Shown: one piece after another, positions 29,457 to 36,551 of the stretch | Position numbering within the stretch: position 1 is the stretch's first letter | Layout: each line of letters opens with the position of its first letter | Source: Patescibacteria group bacterium | GTDB taxonomy: Bacteria > Patescibacteriota > Patescibacteriia > Magasanikbacterales > GWA2-37-8 | Direction of reading: 5' to 3' | DNA: 64,000 nt | NCBI GenBank assembly: GCA_004321885.1 | Contig: SCQK01000007.1 | Coordinates: 96,001 to 160,000 of the forward strand | Notes under the pieces: generated by a model | Seen by the model: only the letters and a program-made list of their open reading frames with translations | Database searches by the model: none | What the model was told of the DNA's origin: nothing | Made by a program: the position numbers and the translations under genes

Positions 29457-30149
29457 ATGCGCAAGCTAAAAAAACAGCAGGCTATTTTGTTACGGCGACA
29501 AGGAAAAAGCTACAACGAAATAAGGAAGATCCTCGATCTCCCCTCAAAAGGAACACTGAGCGTCTGGTTCAAAGATATGGCGCTGTCGCCGGAAGCCAAA
29601 AAGAGATTGGCACGCAATGTAAATCTGGCGCGCAAACGAGGACTGTTTCGTTTCAATCGAGAACGCACCAAACTTTGTCAGGCCGAAAACAAACGCTTGA
29701 GGAAAGAAGCTCAAAAAGTCATCAGGAAACTTACCCCGCGAGAACTCTTGCTAACTTGTGTGGCCCTTTATTGGGGTGAGGGGTATAAAAGTCACAATCA
29801 GCCGAAATTAAGCCTGACCAATACCGAACCTGAACTCATTGCTTTGTTCATGCGTTTTATCCGCGAAATCCTACGAATTCCGGACGAACGCATTCGCACG
29901 CATATTCATATCCATCCCAACGTTAATATCCAGAGGGCAATAAAATTTTGGTCGCAAGTGACCCGATTGCCAATGGAAAATTTTCGCGTAATAATGGCGG
30001 CAAGTCGTGCTAGCCTAGGTAAACGTCCTGTTAATTCTCTGCCTTACGGAACACTTGATGTTCGTGTGCATGCCAGACAAACTTTTTTTACCATGATGGG
30101 CTATATTGATTCGCTCAAAAAAGAAAGTAAAATTAGCAAAATCCATTAA
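29457..30149 (+). CDS. HTH-domain protein with a possible LAGLIDADG-like endonuclease domain (tentative)
   Basis: N-terminal helix-turn-helix (ILLRRQGKSYNEIRKILDL); the central VALYWGEGYKS...ELIALFMRFIREIL loosely resembles a LAGLIDADG helix/beta region. Lower GC than its neighbours and adjacent to tRNA-Glu. Confidence 0.35.
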   Translation: MRKLKKQQAILLRRQGKSYNEIRKILDLPSKGTLSVWFKDMALSPEAKKRLARNVNLARKRGLFRFNRERTKLCQAENKRLRKEAQKVIRKLTPRELLLTCVALYWGEGYKSHNQPKLSLTNTEPELIALFMRFIREILRIPDERIRTHIHIHPNVNIQRAIKFWSQVTRLPMENFRVIMAASRASLGKRPVNSLPYGTLDVRVHARQTFFTMMGYIDSLKKESKISKIH

Positions 30150-30295
30150 TCGTTTCTGCTATCTATCAGGCATTGGTTGCTCTAGGGAATCGAACGCCGG
30201 AGCGATGTCGCGCGAGCTTGCGGGCGAGCGCGACCGCGAGGCGGTGGCCAGCCCGAGCGAGCGGAAGCGAGCGAGAGGCGAGGCCGATTCCCGTT

Positions 30296-30330
30296 GGGGC
30301 TACGAAAAAATCCCCCCGATTAAATCGGAG
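30296..30330. terminator. Bidirectional intrinsic terminator-like hairpin (A-run / stem / T-run)
   Basis: aaaaaatccccccgattaaatcggagggattttttt between convergent genes. Confidence 0.5.
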
Positions 30331-30351
30331 GGATTTTTTTGCCAGAAATTA

Positions 30352-31332
30352 TTATTGGCAGTTGGCTTTGACCGTCAAACTGTTATCTTCTTTTGTGGTT
30401 TCTTTTATAAAATCGTCTTTTGCCACTTGCACCCCCACATCCGCCCCACAAACCGCTTTCTTCCAGGTAAACTCAAACTCCTGCTTTTGACCAGGCCCCA
30501 GGGCCATAAAAATATAATACCATGTGCTCACATAGCCATTGACATACATGGTCGCGCCCGGTCCTTTTTTAGTGTTAAAATTTAACCCGCCCACGGCGTA
30601 AGCCGCTCCTTCGTTTGTCACGGTCGCGATTACTTTAACTTTTTGGCCTTCGCTAAATTGACTCGGTTCAAACCTGATATCGGTTAAAACCAAATTAGGC
30701 AATAATTCAATTTTGGAGAAATCAACCAAACCGCTTATCAACCTCGCGTACCAAGGCCGCTTCACCGTCGTTATGGCGTTGGTATCGGCCGCGATATCCA
30801 CCCGGCTTTTCACCTTGAAAGGAATAAAACCAAATAGCTTGCCTTCTTCTTCCACCCTGGCTCTATAAATCGGTTTATTATTTTCCACTTTCAATTCCAG
30901 GCCTTTGAGCGCGCCGCCCGGCAACCCCTTCTTTTCCACCACCTTATTTAAACTTTTGTAGACAACGGCCGGCTCCATTTTTAAGGTATAAGTGGCGCTG
31001 TTGATTTCACCGCTCAAAATCAAACTGCCGTTCTTCACGGCTACATCTGTTTCCGCTTCTATGTTTTTCAACTCGGCGCTTTTTAGCTGGTTATCAGACG
31101 GCGTTGGGGACGGCGGCGGATCAGGGTCGCCAAGTTCCGTTAGCAAGGCGGGGTTTGACCGCGCCGCGCCGGGCAATGGCGGCTCCGGCTGAGGATTGAG
31201 CTGATTTCCTTCCACCGGTGCCACGGTCTTGGCCGGCGTTACGGACCGAACCGGAGTGAGATAAACCGCGCTGGCGGCTGACGTCGCGCCAAAAAGCAAT
31301 CCCGCGACAATTAGAACTTGTATTTTATGCAT
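30352..31332 (-). CDS. Secreted protein with Pro-rich linker and C-terminal CARDB-like domain
   Basis: Signal peptide MHKIQVLIVAGLLFGATSAASA; C-terminal KVKVIATVTNEGAAYAVGG, typical of CARDB/Ig-like adhesion domains. Confidence 0.55.
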   Translation of the reverse strand: MHKIQVLIVAGLLFGATSAASAVYLTPVRSVTPAKTVAPVEGNQLNPQPEPPLPGAARSNPALLTELGDPDPPPSPTPSDNQLKSAELKNIEAETDVAVKNGSLILSGEINSATYTLKMEPAVVYKSLNKVVEKKGLPGGALKGLELKVENNKPIYRARVEEEGKLFGFIPFKVKSRVDIAADTNAITTVKRPWYARLISGLVDFSKIELLPNLVLTDIRFEPSQFSEGQKVKVIATVTNEGAAYAVGGLNFNTKKGPGATMYVNGYVSTWYYIFMALGPGQKQEFEFTWKKAVCGADVGVQVAKDDFIKETTKEDNSLTVKANCQ

Positions 31333-31540
31333 ACAAAATTATTTAACATTTGCGGAGCGTAAGCATCCGCTATCCGCAGGTATCTTAACACAAATGGATT
31401 AAATACGCTACTTTCAAGTATAACATGGTATAAAAAATTCCGCTGAATGGAGCTTGTGGACTGTTAAAAAAAACTGTAATTGGTCAACAAATAAAAATAG
31501 TGGTATAATATAGAAAATTAATTTAAATAATTAAATTATT

Positions 31541-34264
31541 ATGCCAAAACTAAAACCCCAGCTACTCCTCATTGCTTTAGCAACTATTTTAATATCGTCT
31601 GGTTTTGTTTTTGCGGTAAAAAAAATTCTAACTGTATCTGCAGTCAATAAGACGGCTTCTCTTGCCGAATTTAGCCCTCTTATTCCAACTTCTTCAGCGC
31701 AAGCGGATATCCCCACGGAACAAATACAAAAACTCCAGATTAAGAATTTTAAGAATGGAGCGAAATCTATCGAGCAAGATATTAAAGTGTTAAAAAAACA
31801 ACTATCTGCGTTGGCGCGGCGGAAAGTGGCCATACCATCGTTTTCTCCCGAAGGTATTTCAAATAACTTAACTAAACTGAAAACGCTAATTAAACAAATT
31901 AAAGCCATGCAAAGTTGGGGGGAATTAAATGTGTTAAAGCGGGAGATGAGTGAGCCGATGCGCCAACTATCTATAGATAGCCATCAAGTAGAGGTTTTAG
32001 CGCGCTGGCCGGATGCCTTAAAGCTATTAAATCAGGAACTAAACCGGCTAGTTCGCGAGGTTAAGCGCGCCAAACCGATTATTGAACGGCTATTTAAGAA
32101 GGAAGCTGATTTAACTGATGCTTATCGTGAATTTGACGCGGATGTCAACAAGATAAAACTAACCTTGGCAGAAGCAAATACCAAGATATCGGCCGGCGAT
32201 TTAGAAGCCGCTTTTAGCATTATTGAAATTGATTTTTTTGATCAAATAGATAACGTGGAACAAAATTACCGCTCCATAATTATCATAAGCAATTTAGGCC
32301 GCTTTGCTTCCTATCTTAAACAAAACATTACCACAAGCCAAAACGAAATTAAGTCGTTGAAGAAAAAAGGCATTGATGCGAGCGAACTTCAGGATTTGTT
32401 AAGTCATATCAAGACCAACGGCAACGATGTTTTGGCATTGATAAAAGCCAAACCCATTGACGAGGATGCGATTCTTTCCGGAATTCAAGAGATGGACGAA
32501 TTAAAACAGGATTTTTCCGACAAAGTAAGCGAAGTTACCGATGGAGAAGAGATGTCGTGGGGTAAAGATGGCAGTTTTTTTTCTAAAACAGAACTATCTT
32601 CAAAGGCTGTAGAAGCAATAAGTTGGCTACAGAAACAAGTTAACTGGACCGCCTCTGTTCCTGTAACGAGCATGGATGTTCCATCAAGTGAAACAACATT
32701 GACCGCGCCTCAGTCTGGTAATCAATCAACCTCAACACCTTCAAGCGCCACACCGGCAACACCAGCCACTCCAGCGGTCTCTTCTTCTGTCAGCGCCGCC
32801 CCGGCTTCACCGGCGGTTCCAGCCACGCCCGCACAACCAGCATTAACCGCAGACACGACGGTTCCTTCCACGCCCACAAATCTAACCGCTAATTCTTCCA
32901 GTTCTGTTCAAATTAATCTGGCTTGGACCGCTTCAACAGATAATGTTGGTGTGACTGGTTATCGCATCTATCGCGGAGGCGTCCAAATGGGCACTTCAAA
33001 TACCACTAATTATTCCGATACAGGACTTTCTTCGTTAACTACTTATTCTTATACTGTGGCGGCTTATGATGCGGCTGGTAATGTTTCTCCTCAATCAACT
33101 TCGGCAAGCGCCACAACACAGGCATTAGACACAACTCCGCCTGTCATCTCCTCGGTTTCAGTATCTCTTACCTCCGATTCTGCCACCATTACTTGGACAA
33201 CCAATGAATCTTCTGATTCACAAGCGAGTTATGGGTTGACATCCTCATATGGCAATACAACTCCATTGAACTCTTCTCCGGTTGTTTGGCATTCTGTTTC
33301 GCTTTCAAATTTAACTGGTGGCACAACTTTTCATTACAAAGTAATCTCCACAGATGGTTCAGGGAATAAAACCGAAAGCGGAGATGCAACTTTTACAACA
33401 ACATCTTCTGTCTTGCCAGCACCGAGTTTTCTTACGAAATGGGGTTCTCGGGGTTCTGATAATGGACAGTTTAATTCTCCTTTCGGTATCGCCGTAGATG
33501 CCAGTGGCAATGTTTATGTGGTGGACAGCCACAATCACCGTATTCAGAAATTCACCAGCAATGGCGTGTTTACCACCAAGTGGGGCTCTTCGGGTTCTGG
33601 CGACGGGCAGTTTTCTTACCCTTTCAGCATCGCCGTAAATGCCAGTGGTAATATTTATGTGACGGATGACAATAAGCATATTCAAAAATTTACCAACGAC
33701 GGCACCTTTATCCTCAAATGGGGCTCTTATGGTTCTGGTAATGAGCAGTTTTCTAGTCCTGAGGCTATCGCCGTAGATGCCGGTGGCAATGTTTATGTGG
33801 TGGACAGACCTAATAACCGCGTCCAAAAATTTACTGGGGATGGCACATTTATTACTAAGTGGGGCTCTTCGGGTTCTGGCGACGGGCAGTTTCAAGATCC
33901 TCGTGGTATCGCCATAGATGGTAGTGGCAATGTTTATGTGGTGGATTCCTCCAATAGCCGTGTCCAAAAATTTACTAGCGATGGCGCTTTTATCACTAAG
34001 TGGGGCTCTTCGGGTTCTGGCGATGGACAGTTTTTTACTCCTTTCAATATCGCCGTAGATGCCAGTGGCAATGTTTATGTGGCGGACGGCTACAATAATC
34101 GTGTTCAAAAATTTACCAGCAATGGCGTGTTTATCACCAAGTGGGGCTCTTCGGGTTCTGGCGATGGACAGTTTTCCCTTCCTCGTGGTATCGCCATAGA
34201 TGGTAGTGGCAATGCCTACGTGACGGAAGCCGACAACAGCCGCGTCCAAAAATTCGCTCCGTAA
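31541..34264 (+). CDS. Large secreted protein: coiled-coil region, Ser/Thr/Pro linker, two fibronectin type III domains and a six-bladed NHL-repeat beta-propeller
   Basis: Signal/TM N-terminus; FN3-like segments (LTANSSSSVQINLAWTAS...YSYTVAAYD); six NHL repeats of the form GxGxGQFxxPxGIAVDxSGNVYVxDxxNxRVQKF. Confidence 0.75.
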   Translation: MPKLKPQLLLIALATILISSGFVFAVKKILTVSAVNKTASLAEFSPLIPTSSAQADIPTEQIQKLQIKNFKNGAKSIEQDIKVLKKQLSALARRKVAIPSFSPEGISNNLTKLKTLIKQIKAMQSWGELNVLKREMSEPMRQLSIDSHQVEVLARWPDALKLLNQELNRLVREVKRAKPIIERLFKKEADLTDAYREFDADVNKIKLTLAEANTKISAGDLEAAFSIIEIDFFDQIDNVEQNYRSIIIISNLGRFASYLKQNITTSQNEIKSLKKKGIDASELQDLLSHIKTNGNDVLALIKAKPIDEDAILSGIQEMDELKQDFSDKVSEVTDGEEMSWGKDGSFFSKTELSSKAVEAISWLQKQVNWTASVPVTSMDVPSSETTLTAPQSGNQSTSTPSSATPATPATPAVSSSVSAAPASPAVPATPAQPALTADTTVPSTPTNLTANSSSSVQINLAWTASTDNVGVTGYRIYRGGVQMGTSNTTNYSDTGLSSLTTYSYTVAAYDAAGNVSPQSTSASATTQALDTTPPVISSVSVSLTSDSATITWTTNESSDSQASYGLTSSYGNTTPLNSSPVVWHSVSLSNLTGGTTFHYKVISTDGSGNKTESGDATFTTTSSVLPAPSFLTKWGSRGSDNGQFNSPFGIAVDASGNVYVVDSHNHRIQKFTSNGVFTTKWGSSGSGDGQFSYPFSIAVNASGNIYVTDDNKHIQKFTNDGTFILKWGSYGSGNEQFSSPEAIAVDAGGNVYVVDRPNNRVQKFTGDGTFITKWGSSGSGDGQFQDPRGIAIDGSGNVYVVDSSNSRVQKFTSDGAFITKWGSSGSGDGQFFTPFNIAVDASGNVYVADGYNNRVQKFTSNGVFITKWGSSGSGDGQFSLPRGIAIDGSGNAYVTEADNSRVQKFAP

Positions 34265-34406
34265 AACAATTAGACCGTTATTAACAAAAAAATTCCGCTT
34301 AAACGGGGCTTGTGGACTGTTTACTTCCAAATAGCCAATGTTTGTGGTATAATAAATCCAGTTAATTCTTAACTTGGGCTTGCGCCCTGCGCGGCCCGCA
34401 ATATAT

Positions 34407-34688
34407 ATGGCAGGTTTGACGAAGTCAGCCCTGTTGTCCGCCCTGGCGGAGACAACCGGTCTGGCCAAGAAAGACGTCGTCGGCCTCATGGACGCCATGA
34501 TGGAATTGGCGTACAAAGAGGTCAAGAAAAGCGGGGTATTCGTGGTGCCCGGCTTGGGCAAGCTGGTAAAGGTGCATCGCGCCGCGCGCGAAGGCCGCAA
34601 TCCGGCTACCGGAGCGAGCATCCATATTCCGGCAAAAACCGTGGTGAAATTCCGCGTGGCCAAGGCCGCCAAAGAAGCGGTACTGTAA
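34407..34688 (+). CDS. DNA-binding protein HU/IHF family (second copy)
   Basis: MAGLTKSALLSALAETTGLAKKDV...GRNPATGASIHIPAKTVVKFRVAKAAKEA. I trimmed the start from 34374 to the Met at 34407, which matches the HU N-terminus. Confidence 0.7.
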   Translation: MAGLTKSALLSALAETTGLAKKDVVGLMDAMMELAYKEVKKSGVFVVPGLGKLVKVHRAAREGRNPATGASIHIPAKTVVKFRVAKAAKEAVL

Positions 34689-34706
34689 AAATTACGTAAA
34701 TTAAAA

Positions 34707-34735
34707 AGACCTCGATTTAACCGGGGTCTTTTTAA
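34707..34735. terminator. Hairpin with flanking A/T runs (bidirectional terminator-like)
   Basis: aaaaagacctcgatttaaccggggtctttttaa between convergent genes. Confidence 0.45.
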
Positions 34736-34742
34736 TTTGTTG

Positions 34743-35138
34743 CTAAAATTTGAATTTCTCTCCGTATTGGCCGAGAAGCGGCAGTGGTTCTTGTTTCCCG
34801 CCCAAAGCGTTCATGATGCCCAAAATCAAGAGAATCAACAAACCAATGGAAGCCAACCAGCCCACCACCCAACCGATAAAAGGAATCATAGCGATAATCC
34901 AGGTAACGACCCAGCCAAGGAACAAAGTCAGCCCCTGCTTCACGTGATATTTCACGAACGGATCATTCTTCGCGTCCGTGAGCAGAGGCACGAAGAAAAT
35001 AAGATAAGCGACCACGGCCATGCCGGTATTTTTTTGCGCCTGATTGGGCTGCGGCGGCTGTGCCGGCGGTTGAGGCGGCGGCGTTGGCTGCGGCTGTGGC
35101 GCCGAGGTCGGCGTTTGTCCCATTTGGTTCTCGTCCAT
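34743..35138 (-). CDS. DUF4870-like membrane protein with Pro/Gln-rich N-terminus
   Basis: VVAYLIFFVPLLTDAKNDPFVKYHVKQGLTLFLGWVV matches the DUF4870 architecture; about three TM segments. Confidence 0.55.
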   Translation of the reverse strand: MDENQMGQTPTSAPQPQPTPPPQPPAQPPQPNQAQKNTGMAVVAYLIFFVPLLTDAKNDPFVKYHVKQGLTLFLGWVVTWIIAMIPFIGWVVGWLASIGLLILLILGIMNALGGKQEPLPLLGQYGEKFKF

Positions 35139-35255
35139 AGAGGAAAAAATTAATGACTAAGATAGAGATATGATACACCTTGAACAAAAAACGGGCAATA
35201 GCAAATACCGAGCGCGTTGACATCAGCCCTTTTTTTAGGGTATTATTAAGCCAAT

Positions 35256-35441
35256 GTCAGGGTAGCTCAGTTGGTAAGAGCACAGGATTCACCCTCCCAC
35301 CAAAATGGCTGGGTAGCTCAGTTGGTAAGAGCACGGGATTCATAACCCCGAGGTCGGCAGTTCGATTCTGCCCCCAGTCACGATTGTTTGGTGGGAGGGT
35401 GAATAACCCTGAGGTCGAGGGTTCGACTCCCTCCCCTGACA
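35256..35441 (+). tRNA. tRNA(CAU)-like gene interrupted in the anticodon loop by a 112-bp insertion (candidate intron or pseudogene)
   Basis: Perfect acceptor gtcaggg/ccctgac, D arm gctc-agttggtaa-gagc, T arm gaggg-ttcgact-ccctc. The anticodon stem cagga/ccctg is split by caccctcccacc...ggtgggagggtg (a 14-bp helix) that encloses the tRNA at 35307-35380. Removing 35292-35403 yields the loop ttCATaa. Confidence 0.5.
35307..35380 (+). tRNA. tRNA-Met/Ile2 (anticodon CAU), elongator type; CCA not encoded; nested inside the interrupted tRNA
   Basis: Acceptor ggctggg/cccagtc (G-U at 2:71), D arm gctc-agttggtaa-gagc, anticodon stem cggga/ccccg with loop ttCATaa, variable loop aggtc, T arm ggcag-ttcgatt-ctgcc. 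G1-C72 argues against an initiator. Confidence 0.8.
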
Positions 35442-35443
35442 CT

Positions 35444-36529
35444 ATGCTTCTGTTAGGCATAGAGTCATCTTGCGACGATACTTCAGTGGCCCTGGTCGCC
35501 TGCGGCGAACGGGGCTGTTTTGTGGTTGCCGAAAAAACCGCTTCGCAAACCGCGCTCCATAAAAAATACGGGGGCGTGGTGCCGGAAATAGCCGGGCGGG
35601 CGCACGCGGAAAAAATCGTGCCCCTGATTGAGGCGGTTCTGCGAGGAAAAAAGCCGGATGTTATCGCCGTAACCGCCGGACCCGGATTGATTACCGGTTT
35701 GCTGGTTGGCGTGGAAGCGGCGCGCGTTTTGTCATACGCGTGGAATGTGCCGCTATTGGCGGTAAATCATATTGAAGGGCACATCTATTCCGTGGAATTG
35801 GAAAACGAAAAAATCAAGTTCCCCGCTCTCGCGCTTATTGCCAGCGGTGGTCATACCGAGCTGATTTTTATGAAAAACCACGGCCAGCACAAACTGCTTG
35901 GCGCCACGCGCGACGACGCGGCCGGCGAATGTTTTGACAAGGTCGCCAAACTGCTCGGTCTCCCCTACCCGGGCGGTCCGGAAATTTCTCGGCTGGCGAT
36001 TGGCGGCGACCCGGGCGCCATAAAATTTCCGCGGCCGATGATAGAAAGCGATAATTACGACTTCAGTTTTGCCGGATTAAAAACCGCGGCGCTGTATTGG
36101 TTAAGGGATAATGTCATTGCGAGGCCTGAAAGGCCGAAGCAATCCCCCACAATCAAGCAAGGGATTGCTTCGCTTCGTTCCACTTCGCTCGCAATGACAA
36201 TGAATGATTTCTGCGCCAGTTTTGAGCAAGCGATAGTAGACGTCTTGGTCGCGAAAACTCTGAAAGCGGCCAGACAATACAAACCGAAAACCGTTATTCT
36301 TGCTGGCGGGGTTTCGGCGAACAAGAAACTTCGCTCTGCGCTTGAAAAGGCAATAAAAACTCTCGCTCCAATTACCAATTTCCAATTACCAATTTCCAAT
36401 TATTGTATGGACAACGCGGCCATGCTCGCCGTGGCCGGATATTATCGCGCGAAGAAAAAAAATTTCACTGATTGGAAAAAAATCCAAGCTGACCCGAATT
36501 GGACGATTTCTGGATTCCCCCGTACTTAG
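35444..36529 (+). CDS. tsaD: tRNA N6-adenosine threonylcarbamoyltransferase TsaD (Kae1/YgjD family) with in-frame repeat insertions
   Basis: MLLLGIESSCDDTSVAL start, HIEGH metal-binding motif and GGVSAN. I trimmed the start from 35180 because that ORF runs through the tRNA genes. Insertions: family B (36107-36197), GGAAATT-type (36368-36398) and family A at the 3' end (36512-36546). Confidence 0.85.
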   Translation: MLLLGIESSCDDTSVALVACGERGCFVVAEKTASQTALHKKYGGVVPEIAGRAHAEKIVPLIEAVLRGKKPDVIAVTAGPGLITGLLVGVEAARVLSYAWNVPLLAVNHIEGHIYSVELENEKIKFPALALIASGGHTELIFMKNHGQHKLLGATRDDAAGECFDKVAKLLGLPYPGGPEISRLAIGGDPGAIKFPRPMIESDNYDFSFAGLKTAALYWLRDNVIARPERPKQSPTIKQGIASLRSTSLAMTMNDFCASFEQAIVDVLVAKTLKAARQYKPKTVILAGGVSANKKLRSALEKAIKTLAPITNFQLPISNYCMDNAAMLAVAGYYRAKKKNFTDWKKIQADPNWTISGFPRT

Positions 36530-36551
36530 TCGGGGGAATGACAAACTTGCG

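Noticed and set aside
30164-30185. tRNA-like 3' end (GTTCGATTCCC...CCA) on the minus strand
   Set aside because: I could not fold the upstream sequence into a D arm, an anticodon arm or a matching acceptor stem; treated as a fragment or relic rather than a tRNA gene.
30106-30585. ORFs 30106-30585 and 30173-30490 across the GC-rich segment
   Set aside because: Arg-rich translations of GC-rich repetitive DNA that overlap a terminator hairpin and the convergent CARDB gene; not credible as proteins.
33359-34672. 437-aa minus-strand ORF antisense to the NHL-repeat region
   Set aside because: Its periodic sequence mirrors the NHL repeats of the plus-strand gene (an antisense artefact of repetitive coding DNA); it has no start context and also overlaps the HU gene.
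35180-35443. N-terminal extension of the tsaD ORF back to 35180
   Set aside because: The extension would be translated straight through two tRNA genes; the conserved TsaD N-terminus begins at the Met at 35444.
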